NCBI RefSeq assembly: GCF_009914755.1
Contig: NC_060928.1
DNA from: the human T2T-CHM13v2.0 reference genome, Homo sapiens
DNA length: 64,000 bases
Direction: 5' to 3' (one strand)
The first letter of the stretch is position 1. Every line of letters starts with the position of its first letter. The notes below the pieces were generated by a model. The model did no database searches, was not told where the DNA came from, and worked only from the letters and a program-made list of their open reading frames with translations. Shown one piece after another: positions 1-12,915 of this stretch. The translations under genes and the position numbers were made by a program.

Positions 1-1106
1 CTGATGATGCACTAGAAAAGAAAAACATATTTTCTCGGGAGAGATTCAAGTCAGCTGCAGACATTTGCATAAGTAACGAGGATCCATATGTTAATCACCA
101 AGACAATAAGGACAATGACTCCAGGTCATGTCAGAGACCTTTACAGAGGCACTTCCCATCACAGGACTGGGGGCCAAGGAGGAAAAAATGGTTTCCTGGG
201 GCGGGCCCAGGGCTCTCCTGCTGTGTGCACCCTAGGGACTTGGTGCCCTGAGTCCCAGCTGCTCCAGCCATGGCTCAAAGTGCCCGAGGTACAGCTCAGG
301 CCATGGCTTCAGAGGGTGCAAGCCCAGGCCTTGGCAGCTTCCACAGGGTGTTGAGCCTGAAGACACACAGAAGAATTGAGTTTTGGAAACCTCCACCTAG
401 ATTTTGGAGGATGTATGGCAACACCTGAATGTCCAAGCAGAAGTTTGCTGCAGGGGTGGGGCCCTCATGGAAAACCTCTGCTAGGGCAGTGCAGAAAGGA
501 AATGTGGGGTTGGAGCCCCCACACTGAGTCTCCAGTGGGGCACTGCCTAGGAGAGCTGTAAGAAGAGAGCCACTGTCCTCCAGACCCCAGAATGGTACAT
601 CTGCCGACAGCTTGCACCATGGGCCTGGAAAAGCCACAGACACTCAATGCCAGCTTGTGAAAGCAGCTGGAAGGGGGGCTGTAGCCTGCAAGGCCACAGG
701 GACAGAGCTGCCCAAGGCCATGGGAGCCCACCTCTTGCATCTGCATGAACTGGTTGTGATATATGGGGTCAAAAGAGATTATTTTGGAACTTTAAGGTTT
801 AATGACCACCCTGTTAGATTTCAGACTTGCATGAGGCCTGTAGCCCCTTTGTTTTGGCCAATTTCTCCCATTTGGAATGAGTGTATTTACCCAATGTCTG
901 TACCCCCATTGTATCTAGGAAGTAACTAACTTGCTTTTGATTTTACAGGCTCATAGGCAGAAGGGACTTGCCTGGTCTCAGATGAGACTTTGGACCTGAA
1001 CTTTTGAGTTAATGCTGGAATGAGCTAAGACTTTGGGGGACTGTTGAAAGGGCATAATTTTGTTTTGAAATTAGAGGACATGAAATAGGAGAAGCCAGGG
1101 GCAGAA
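1..1106 (+). mobile_element. THE1 (MaLR) internal sequence, 5' part outside the window
   Basis: Typical THE1/MST-int sequence (ccaagccttggcagcttcca-like, cagtgcagaaaggaaatgtggggttggagcccccacac, tacccccattgtatctaggaagtaactaacttgcttttgattttacaggctcatagg). It ends in a purine tract directly before the LTR. Confidence 0.85.
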
Positions 1107-1457
1107 TAGTACGGTTTGGCTGTGTTCCCATAGAAATCTCACCTTAGATTGCAGTTTTCATAATCTCCACACTGTCATGGGAGAGACTCAGTGGGAGGTA
1201 ATTTAATCACGGAGGTGGTTACCTCATGCTGTTCTCATGATATTGAGTTATCACAAGATCTGATGTTTTTATCAGGAGTTTCCTCTCTTTTCTTAAGCAG
1301 TTTCTCTTGTTGCTGCCATGTGAAGAGGGATGTGTTTGCTTCCTCTGCTACCAGGATTGTAAGTTTCCTGAACTGTGAATCAACTAAACCTCTTTCCTTT
1401 ATAAATTGCCAAGTCTCAGGTATGTCTTTATTAGTAGCAAGAGAATGGCCTAATATA
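1107..1457 (+). mobile_element. THE1D-like 3' LTR
   Basis: Begins tagtacggtttggctgtg (consensus tgatatggtttggctgtg) and ends gagaatggcctaatata. Contains aaacctctttcctttataaatt and ggtatgtctttattag. Confidence 0.85.
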
Positions 1458-4400
1458 TCACCTGACCACGGGGTTTGTTTTTGTTCTTGGCAATTTTTTT
1501 ATTACATATTCAATCTCACTGCTTGTTATTGGTCTATTCAGGGTATCTATTTCTTCCTGACTTAATCTAGGAGGGCTGAATGTTTTCAGAAATTTATTTA
1601 TTTTCTCTAAATTTTCTAGTTTGTGTGCATAGAGGTGACCATTGTATTTTGAATAATATTTTGTATTTCTGTGGTGTTGGTTGTAATGTCTCCAGTTTCA
1701 TTTCTAATTGAGTTTATATGTATCTCTTCTCTTCTTTAGTAATGATTAATCTGGCTAATGATATATCATTTTTTTAGCTTTTCAAAGAACCAGATTTTTG
1801 TTTCATTGATCTTCTCTATTTTTGTTTGTTTGTTTTGGTTTCATTTAGTTCTACTCTGATCTTTGTTATTTCATTTCTTCTGCTAACTTTGAGTGGAGTT
1901 TATGATTGTTTCTCTAGTTCCTTGAAGTCAACACTAGGTTATCAATTTGTGATCTTTCAGACTTTTTGATGTAGGCATTTAGTGCTATAAATGTTCCTCT
2001 TAGCACTGCTTTTTCTATATCCCAGAGGTTTTGATAAATTCTGTCACTATTATTCTTCATTTCAAGGAATTTTTAAATTTCCATCTTGATTTCATTGTTT
2101 CCCCCAAAATAATTCAAGAGCAGATTGTTTAATTTTCATGTACTTGTGTAGCTTTGAGGATGCCTTTTGTAATTAATTTCCAGTTTTTTCCACAGTTGTC
2201 TGAGTAGATACTTGATATTATTTAGATATTTTTTAATGTATTGAGAGTTATTTTGTGGCCTATCATATGGTCTATATTGCAGAATGTTCCATGTGCTGAT
2301 GACAAAAAATATATATTTTACAGTTCTTAGGTGGTATGTTTGGTAAATATCTGTCAGGTCCATTTGTTGTAGAGGATAGCTTAAGCCCTTTGTTTCTTTG
2401 TTGATTTTCTGTCTCGATAATCTGTCTAGTGTTGTCAGTGGAGTATTGAAGTCCCCACTGTATTAGTTCATTCTCATGCTGCTATGAAGAAATACTGAGA
2501 CTGGGTAATTTACAAAGAGGAAAAGAGGTTTAACTGACTCACAGCTCTTCATGTCTGGGAAGGCCTCAGGAAACCTACAGTCATGTTGGAAGGAGATGCA
2601 AACACATCCTTCTTCATAAGGTGGCATGAGAGAGACTGGCAAGCAAGGGAAATGCCAAATGCTTATAAAACCATCAGATCATGAGACTCACTCATTATCA
2701 TGAGAATGGCATGGGGAAAACTGCCACCATGATTCAATTACCTTCACCAGGTCCTGTCCTTGACATGTGGGGATTATTACAATTCAAGGTGAGATTTGGG
2801 TGGGGACACAGAGCTAGATCATGTCACCTACTATTATTCTCTTGCTGTCTATCTCATTTTTTAGGTCTAGTAGTAAATGTTTTATCAATCTTGGATCTCC
2901 AGTGTTAGGTAGATCTAAGTTGAGAATTATAATATATTCTTTTTGGATTAATCCTTTTATCATATAAGTAACTTCATTTTTTTTACTGTTGTGCTGTAAA
3001 GTCTGTTTTAATCTGATATAAGAATAGCTACTCCTGCTTGCTTTTGATTTTAATTTGCATGGAATATCTTTTTCCACTCGTTTACCTTTAGTTAATATGA
3101 GTCCTTATATGTTGGGTGAGTCTCTTTCAAACAGTAGATATTTTACCTGTGATTTTTTTAATCCATTCTGCCAATTTGTGTCTTTTAAGTGGAGCACTTA
3201 GGATATTTGCATTCAACATTAATAATGAGATGTAGTGTATTGTTCCAGTCATCCTGTTAATTGTTACCTAGATACTTTGTTTTCTTCACTGTGTTTTTGT
3301 TTTACAGGCTTTGTGAATTTTATGCATTCAAAAGGTTCTATTCTGGTGCATATCAACCTTTTGTTTCAAAATTTAGAACTCTTTTTATCATTGCTTGCAG
3401 GGCTGGTCTGTTATTGACAAATTCTGTCAGCACTTGTTTGTCTGACAATGACATCATTTCTTTTTCATTCATGAAACTTAGTTTTGATGGATACAAAATT
3501 CTTAACTCACAGTTATTCTGTTTCAGGAGGCTAAAGATAGGGTCCCAATCCCTTTTGCCTGTAAGGTTTCTGGTGAGAAATCTGCTGTTAGTCTGATAGG
3601 TTTTCCTTTATAGGTTACTTGATGCTTTTGTCTCACTGCCCTCAGAATTATTTCCTTCATGTTGACTTTAGGTAAATGGATAACTATATGTCTTAGTGAA
3701 GTCCTTTATGTGATGAATCTCCGAGGAGTTCTTTAGCTTCTTGTATTTGGAAATCTAAACCTCTAGCAAGGCCAGGGAAGTTTTCTTCAATTATTCCCTC
3801 AAATGAACTTTCTAAACTTTTTTGCTTTTTCTTCTCCCTCAAGAACACCAGTTATTCTTATGTTTGCCCATTTTACATGATCTCATATTTCTTACAGAAT
3901 TTTTAATTTCTTTTTATTCTTTTTTCTTTGTCTGATTGGGTTAATTTGAATGCTTTGTTTTTGAGCTCTGAAATTCATTATTCTACTTGTTCTAGTCTTT
4001 TGTTAAATTTTCCATTGCATTTTATAACTCCCTAAATGTGTCTTTCATTTTCAGAAATTCTGATTGGCTTTTTTAAAAAATATCTTTTTAGAAAATGTTT
4101 TATTCATATCCCGAATTGATTTTTAATTTCTTTATGTTGGTTTTAAACTTTCTCTGGTATCATCTTGAGTAGCGTAACAATCAAACTTTTGAATTTTTTA
4201 CCTAGTATTTCAAAGATTTCATTTTGGTTTGGATCCATTCCTGGAGAGCTAATGTAATCTTTTGGGGGTATTACAGAATCCTGTTTTGCCATATTACCAG
4301 ATTATTTTTCTGGTTTCTTCTCATTTGGGTAGACTATTTCTTCTAATTATTCTTAAATTTTTTATTTGACTGGCTTTTTTAAATTTCTTTTTTCCCCTTA

Positions 4401-6377
4401 AGGATGTGACTTTAATGTTTATAGTTTATCATAGTCAATTTGACTCTTCATGCTTTCAGGAGTAAGACTGTAAGTTTCTTGATTATAGAAAGTCTTTGTA
4501 TGATGGCTTTCTCAGATACTGGTTGTAGTAGCAATATGCTTGGTGTGTGTGCAAGTTTACTGTCACCTATGGGGTTGGAATGACAGAGACCTCTTGAAGC
4601 TCACCTCATTTCCCCATGGTGTGCATGCTTTTATTTATTTTTTTCCTCAGTATTTTATTTGCTGAGTTGAATAGTTTAGGCTTCAGGCCAGTAGAGGGGG
4701 TGTCCCTGAGTAGAAACCAGCTGTGGTGAAAGCAGGTAGGTAAATGCTATTTCCAGAGGTGGGTAGAGGTCCCAGCCTTGACAGAGATGGCTGGCAGAAC
4801 TGTCAGTAAAACACACTGATGTATTATCAGGGGGAAGGGCAAGATACACTTTAGCTCCCCTGGCAGGCCAGCAGGAAAGTCATCCACCTCCCAGACACAC
4901 TTCTGACCCAGTGTTCTAGCTATTCAGATCAGACAGGCACCTCTTTTTATCCACAGGAATGTTGATGTTCCAGGTAGAGAGAAACTGTGACTACTTCTCA
5001 TGCAAGCCTGAACCTACAGGGTGCTCCACCTGTGGGAATGCAGTCACCCTGAAGTGTCTTGAAGTGCTTCAGAAAGGCTATGTGTAGTTCTACCATGCTG
5101 AGCTCCCATGGAAGAAGCCCCAGTTGGTTCTGCTGTGTGGAAAAGGGGGAAGTCTCCTTCTCTAAGACCCTTTATGAGCACCAGAGCTGCCTGTCTGTTG
5201 AGCTGTAGACTATCCCTGCTGAGCCCAGCACTGCAACTGGGTCTCTGTTGAAGTAAACTTCCCACTAGTGGAAAAACCTGAGACTCAAGGCCTGCCATCT
5301 ATCATCTTTTGTCCTATGGGATGTTCGCTTGATGCGGTTCACTTCCTTTTACCTTAGGATTAGGAGTTCCTGATAACCAGACTAGTGTGAATGTTGCTGG
5401 TCCTCTCGGTCTAGCTGCCCAGTGGGGCTGCCACAACCCAAGCTGGTGTTGGGGAATGTCTTCAAGGGAGCCAGTGATATAAACTACCCTCAAGTCTCCT
5501 AGCAGTGGGTACCAGCACTCACTCTGATGAGGGTGGCGGGGAAGTGACAGAGTCTGTAAAGTTCCTTGGGTATAAATAGCCTTAGTGTGTAGGCTTTCTC
5601 AAATGCTGATTGCAGTAGTAATGAACTGGTCATAGGGTCACACTCAAGAGTTCCTTGTTGGCCGGGTTTGTGCAGGCAGTGGTGATAGCTGAGGTCACAC
5701 ACAAGTTTTCTCCTTCCTGGATGCAGTGTTAGTTTTCCTGGAGATGCTGTAATGGACTGTGTCAGTTGGCTTCCAGCCAAGAGGTGGAACTTGCAAAGGA
5801 GAACCAGCTGCGGTAGTAGTGGTAAGATTTGTGTTTGCCTTATGTTACCCAGAGAAAGTATTCTGGTTTCTAAGGTGATGGGATGGGCCATAGGGCTTCC
5901 AAAAGTTTCTATCCTTTGTGTTAAGCTACCAGAGTAGGTGGAGAAGCAAAGGCAGGTGGGGGATGGGTCAGGCAGCTTCAAGTTCTTGTTCTCCACTTGC
6001 AGGGCAAGCAGAAGTCCCTGAGGGGGTCAGGGGGCAGTTCTCTGGCCACTGGGGTAATGTTCCAGAAAGGAACATAACTGCCTCTGCTTCACAGAAGGGT
6101 TCACACAGGGAGTGGGGAATAGCAGGCAAAAGTAAGCCTCACCTAGCTCCCACACACTTGGCACAGCAGGTCTGTAACCCTCAGTATTTGCTAGCAGCAA
6201 CTAGCTAAATTCCAAGCAGTCTATGCTTAGAACTCAAAACTGCCCCAGGCTGTAAGCCTTTTCCAGGCTGAGACGGGAATCTTGGGTTTCAGGCCATTCC
6301 CTTCCCTGTTCACCTGCAAAGCTAGGGCACCCAGGTCCTGTGACCATGGGAGCAGCACACTTTTCACTCACCCCCAG
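1458..6377 (-). mobile_element. Old L1 (L1PB/L1MA-type) 5' portion: 5'UTR, ORF1 and ORF2 endonuclease region, decayed and interrupted by a THE1D LTR
   Basis: Minus-strand ORF remnants MDLTDIYQTYH (2136-2363) and the KDIPCK/SYSYIR frameshifted read (2814-3077) match the L1 ORF2 endonuclease region. T-rich ORF1-like sequence runs ~3230-4380 and a GC-richer 5'UTR ~4380-6377. Confidence 0.8.
2459..2826 (-). mobile_element. THE1D-like solo LTR inserted in L1 ORF2
   Basis: Termini tgtattagttcattctcatgctgct ... gggacacagagctagatcatgtca. 5-bp TSD cccac/cctac. The L1 motif gaagtcccccactattatt is split around it. Confidence 0.85.
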
Positions 6378-7424
6378 TGAGTATTTTTCTAATGACTGCA
6401 TTTAATATATATCACACCAACTTTCATCTATAGTATTTTTATTCTTGTTAATTTCCAGAAATTCTATAATTTGTAAGTATTTCCCTTTTTATTTGAGCGT
6501 TGTATAATAGAACTTATAATTTCCAGGTAAAAAGTCATTTTGTCTCATTTTTAATTTCTAGGGATACTGTATTATGATCAGAAACTGTAATATTTACATT
6601 TTATGGAATGTACTGATGTTTTCTATATGCCCTAGTATACGATAAATCTTTGTGAATTTTCCATACATACTTAAGAAAAAAATTTTCTATTTTTATGGTG
6701 TATTACTCAATATACATCTAAAAGTTCTACCTTATTGTGTTGTTTGTTTAGTTTTTTTCTATTTTAATATATATTTTGTTCACTTATTTGTCTTTTGCAG
6801 AGAGCGGTATGTTAAATACTGTCTATATTAGTGTGCACCTATGTATTTTTCTCTGCAGCTTTTACAGTTCTTATTTAATATAGGTATTTGCCACATTATT
6901 TGGTATGTGGATGCCCATTACTGTTGTATTTTCATTCAAGATTACGGTGTTTACCATTACAAAATATTCTTTTTTATCTTACTAAATGCTGCTTAAATTC
7001 TATTTTATGTAGTATCAGAGGCTTAACATTTTCTTTCTTGTCTCATTTGAATTAGATCTTTAGTTTGTCTTTCAGTTATATCATTTCTAACCACTGAATT
7101 TTTAGTGTTCCCTTTTATATAGTTTTGTTTTATGAGTTAATTTGAACATATTTTTTCTTTAGTAAGCAAGTTAGGGTCATTCACATTTATTGATATGACA
7201 GTTATGTTTATTCTCAATTCTGCCTCTCATGTTATATTATATTACAATTACAGTGCATACTAGATTTAGTGTGACCTCTTGGACCTTCTTAAAATTTCTT
7301 TCAGTGTTTGAGAAAATTTATACCTTTATTTATATGTTGGTGGTTAACTTTGAATTAATATTTTACTAAGCTTTCAATTCCTTTTTTCTCATTTAACATA
7401 TTATTATTTGATATGTTCATTTCT

Positions 7425-7490
7425 TTTATTATTATTTTTTTTGAGACAGAGTCTCACCCTGTCACCCAGGCTGGAGTGCAGTGTCACGAA
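7425..7490 (-). mobile_element. Severely 5'-truncated Alu (last ~50 nt plus tail)
   Basis: ttttttgagacagagtctcaccctgtcacccaggctggagtgcagtg, flanked by the TSD tgatatgttcatttct (7409-7424) / tgatatgttggtttct (7491-7506). Confidence 0.85.
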
Positions 7491-7815
7491 TGATATGTTG
7501 GTTTCTAATAGTATTTATTAATTCCAATATTCTAGGATGAAACAATTAAAAATTATATTCTACTTTTTCTTCTCTTCCTTCTCTCATTCATTGGTTTTAT
7601 TTCTTCTACGTTGTGTGGACACATAATGGATAATTTTTAAATATAAATCTACCCATGACCCCATACTTGTGTTACTCTTATACCTGCAATGAACTAATAA
7701 ACTCCTCAGGCTTTTTGCCAATGATTTCCAAGTCATGTTTTTTTAGATGAAGCTCATCCTCTAGTAGATACCTCAGGAAGGGAAATTTATGCAGTACTGA
7801 GTTCTGGAACATTCA

Positions 7816-8268
<453 letters not shown>

Positions 8269-8747
8269 CTAGGTTTTTTCTGATTTATAAGTTATTTTAT
8301 CTTTCTGCTTGAAAATAATAAATTTGTTTTTATTGTTGAAGTCTAACAGTTTTACTAGCATATGGCTGAAAGATAATTGTTCCAAGTCATTTTCCTTGAA
8401 AATACATTTTCATTGTGTATTTTTGGATATAGTTCGAAGTATTAATTTTGTTCATCATTTTGGTTTTCTACTTCAGAAACATCGATTATATGTATGTTGG
8501 ACCTTCTTTTCTGTCTGTAATTCCTCTTTATTTACTTCTTTATATCATTTTTATTCTCTTGATTGTTTTTCTGGTTTTCTGTAATGCTAATTATTAAATT
8601 TTTAATGTATTTTTGGGGGTCTCTAATTTAGTCTTTATTATATAATTATGCCTTCTATTTCTTTTTTCAAGTTCAATCAACTCTTGTTTAATTTCCTACT
8701 GTGTTTTTATAATTTGAGGTCATAGAATTTTTCCCTGGTTCATACTG

Positions 8748-8822
8748 TTTTCTTGTTTTTTTTGTTGTTGTTGTTTTTTGTTTTTTTGTTTTGTTTTGTT
8801 TTGTTTTATTGTTATTGTTGTT
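8748..8822. repeat. (TTG)n/(TTTTG)n low-complexity repeat
   Basis: Visible directly in the sequence. Confidence 0.8.
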
Positions 8823-9619
8823 CATATTCCCCAGTACTTGTTTAAAAATATGTAATTCATCTTGAAGTACTGTGTTACAGTTTTTGGGGTGATATTTAAC
8901 CAACACAAAAGCTTTTATTTTTTTTTACATTGGCCTGTGTACAATCTGCTTTCTTCTATTCCTATTCATTTTGTGGACAGAGTTCCTAGTTTGAGAGTTT
9001 CTTCTGGCAGGCTGGCATTCTGCTAGGCAGGACTTTTTGTGGACGATGGTGGTGGTGGTGATGGTAGTATAGGAAAAAGGAAAAGACTGAAGCTTCACAA
9101 AATCCTTCATTTTTCTGTCTGATTCATTATTCCTCCTCACCTTTTTGTCTCCAGTAAGTGTCACCCCATGTATCTGAAATGACTATCTAATGCTGCAATT
9201 TAGCACTTGTTTGAGTACCTTTCTTACAGCATTTCTCTGAATTGTGTCTCAATCCACGTTCCATATTTTTGCATTTATTAGTGCATATTTTCTTACTGAG
9301 GCGTGATTTTTCCTGTCTTCTGCACATCTTTCACATTCATCTACATTTTTATTGCAGAGTTCTTTAAACTCCTCCAGCCTGCATCCTCGGATGTCTAATA
9401 CGGTTTATGTGAGCTCTGTTGGCGTTTGTCTATTTTATTCTCGCTTGTGGTAAATTGAAGATTTCAGTGTTGACATTCTCTGTCTCCATGGATTCTATAT
9501 GGTTTCGTTTGCTCTCAATGTGAACTTTATGGATTTTTGGAGAGGATGTGTGGGAGATTCAGAATCAGTCTGTCAACATTATTTTCCAAACCTGCAAATC
9601 TGAGAGTTAATTTTGTAAG

Positions 9620-10287
9620 AAAAAAATAAGAACTCTCCCACATATACACTCTCTATAAGTGTGAGCTGCATACAGTTACTTCTTTCCAAAGAATATAATG
9701 TGGAAAGGGGGAAATACAAAGTTCTGGCAAACACTACTTTCACCAAGTGACTAAGGTGAAGATCAGTGGTTGTGAATCATGCTAGTGGAATATACCCTTG
9801 ATATGAACATGGCAACATAGTCTATGATCTTCCTCTCCAAAACACATAAATCCAGTTTAGTCATGAGACAAACAGACAGATTTTAATAGAAGAGTATTAT
9901 GTAATAGTTTACCAAAGCCTTCAAAACTGTTAAGGTCAGGAAAAACAAGGAAAGTATATGAAACTGTCACAGCCAACAGGAGTCTAAGGAGACATAAAAA
10001 TGAAATATAATGTGGTGACCCAAATAGAATCTAGAATACAAAAAAATTATGTAAAAAACAAGGAATTCTGAAAAAAGTATAGACTTCAGAAAATAATAAT
10101 GAAGTTTAGTTCACTAATTATGAAAAATTAACTATCATATTCATGTATAATGTTAATAATAGTGAAAATTGGGCTGGGTATGAGGATGCTGATATACAGG
10201 AAATCTCTATATTATATTATCAATTTTTAATAGCTGTAAAACTTTTATCTAGAAAGTATATTTAATAATAATAATAATAATAATAAA
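9620..10287 (+). mobile_element. L1MD-like 3' end with (AAT)n tail
   Basis: Contains ctggcaaacactac, caaaactgttaaggtcaggaaaaacaaggaaag and aaactgtcacagccaacaggagtctaaggagacat, which match the recalled L1MD 3'UTR. Ends in aataataataat. Confidence 0.7.
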
Positions 10288-11191
10288 GACCAAAAAGACA
10301 ATCAGAAAAGCTGACTTTTACTGATAGAGAAAAATAATATTATTTATATTTTAAAGGTCATACATATATTTTGTAAATATCAAAACTCATTCTCTGGAAA
10401 TCAATTGTTGACTTATGAACAAATAAATTAGCTATTATTTACTTGAAGTTTTCTTAAAAAATAAACTCGTGCTCAGATCTAAATAGACATTTAGTGTTGA
10501 AACTTCTGATTGAGTTTCTAAGTAAGAAAATATTTAGTGTTTTAGTATACATTGGGGCTTTTTCTGAAGCTATAGTAAATTAAAGGTTATAAGTTTAATC
10601 ACTTCACTAAGAATAGAGATAACAACATTAACATGAATATCTAATTTAAGAATTATAATTTTGGTTTATTTCTAATTTTGTAACAGAAAGTTAGCCTAAA
10701 AATAGTAATTAGTCTAGTTGTTTTTTTTCCTGAAGAAGCATTGTAGTTCTGTGAGTTCAGTTATATTGGTAGTAGATGCCAGCAGGTAAAATATGATGTA
10801 TCAAAGTCCTTAGGTTAGTTGATCATATGGAGCTCTTTTTCTCTTTATTATGTTTTAGTTCTTAAATATCACCACATATCAGCTCAAATGCAAGAGTTTG
10901 TACGTAGAAATGCTAATTCAACATCATGCTCTAATATACCCATTACAGTTAATGTTCCTTTAAATAGTAAAAGTGAGGTGCATTTTTTAACAGAAACCTT
11001 AACATGGCATAGGAGATTATCACAATCTCTTATATTCCACTTTTCACTCACATTCAAAATTTTGGAAACAATGTTCATAAATGACAGAGAGGAAGAGAGA
11101 GAGAGAGAGAGACAAAAAAGAAAATTTAATTTTTAATCTGCAAGCTTCATTTCGTATGCATAAATATTAAATTTTATCCACAATTATATTA

Positions 11192-12029
11192 TGTTGCCGT
11201 TTCAGAAAACCTGTCAAACAGTGTTTTTCCTCTGCTCTCACACCACCACAACAAGATTCATAAACATCCAAGATTTCCGTGTATAAATGTGGGGGGGGGT
11301 TCACTCCACCACCAGGCAAGTAATTAGTTCTGCAGCTGGCCTAGCTGGATGTCCTTCAATTCAATTCTGAAATTAAATACCTGGGGATAATGTCAGATTG
11401 TACAGATAGAGGGTTCAGTCCCCAAGACTGCCCCCGTTACCACATACTATTCACAAATCCAGGCATCCAGAACTTCTGATTGACTGACTTCTATTTGGGG
11501 TTCCCAAGATCCCCTCTTTGGGTTCAATTAACTTGCTGGAGTAGTTCACAGAACTCAGAAAAACACTTACGTTTGTCAATGTATCATGAAGGATATTGCA
11601 AAGGATCCAGATGAAGAGGCGTGTAGGGTAAGGTGTGGTGAAAGGGGCACAGAGTTTCCATACCCTCCCTGGTGCAACACCCTCCAGGAACCTCCATGTG
11701 GCCAGCTCTCTAGAAGCTCCCAGAATCAATCCTCTTGAATTTTTATGGAAGCTTCATGATGCCAGCATTCCTTCCCCTCGGGTGTAGGGCAGGGCCACCT
11801 CTGGCGAGGGTCTTATGACTCACAATCAGAAGGCAAGGTGGGAGATCAGAGTCCTTCCCTGGGGCAGGAAAAAAAAGGAAGGAGGAAGCCAGAAAGATTC
11901 TGTTTCCTGAGGCCTGTTCTTGAGGCACAACATGCCCAACATTATAACAAATGCCTGTAATGGGGGTTATGGGAGTTATGAGCCATAAAAGAAAACGTGC
12001 ATGTTGTGTGTGTGTGTAACAACACCACA
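11192..12029 (-). mobile_element. MER21A-like solo LTR
   Basis: Reverse complement begins tgtggtgttg...ggctcataactcccata...ttgttataatgttggg...ggcctcaggaaacagaatc. Contains gggttcagtccccaagactgcccc. Confidence 0.75.
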
Positions 12030-12915
12030 GATGTCAAAAATTAAAAAGAGGACAAAACTAGCTTAAAGCTGGTGCTCTCTCTCTCACTTTCTGTCACTTC
12101 TATCTCTGTCTCTCTTCTTTCCTCTCACATTCCAGAATGATTGCTATTTCAAGGGATTATATTCCTCATTCCCTTAATTTGCTCATTTATTCTGAGCACA
12201 AGCTGAAAAACTCACTTTATGTGAAGGTTTTCTACATTTAAGTTACCAGAGAATAACAGCCCTATTTCCAGGACCAGTCTTAAATCACATCAGCTCTAAA
12301 TCTCATTTCCAGTCATCTTATAGTCCAAGTAAAAATTAATCCTAAGCCATTCTTTTGCCTTCATTAGATATGGAAAAGTATATCTTATTGAAAATTATTG
12401 TTATGATTATTTGAGATTATAAAAAAGTCATGAGGTTAAGTGGAAAGAAGAAATAATTCCATAGATGACACGTCTGGATTTAAAAATCTGTGCTCCTGCA
12501 TGGAATAAAAAATTTGTTTCAATTTGGAAGTAAAATTAAAATTTGATAAAATGGGTTTGAATTTGGACTCCAGATTAATATTTTCAATAGTTATTCACAT
12601 TAATTATCTCTGTTTAGTCATTAAAAGTAATAATTCCTCCTCAAATCTAATTTGTAAATTATTGTAATTCGTCTTTGGAGAAAAAAATCTTCCCTGCAAG
12701 TGGGTAAGGGTCTCCCACATGTGAAATTCTCAAGCAGTTCATAACTAAAAGGATGAGGTGGGGGAACCTATTTGAGAGCTTTCTCACAAAAGTGCTCTGT
12801 TCTCACAGCTGCTAAACATCCTGACGGAAATAATCTACAACAGGGACACGTAAACATTATATTCAATGTAAAATATAATACAAGGGGGTCTATTTAGGAA
12901 ATTGAAAACATAAAA

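Noticed and set aside
88-929. Several ORFs of 60-115 aa
   Set aside because: They are chance frames within decayed THE1 internal sequence.
3605-3614. CArG-like CCTTTATAGG
   Set aside because: It lies within ordinary L1 ORF1 sequence with no supporting motif cluster.
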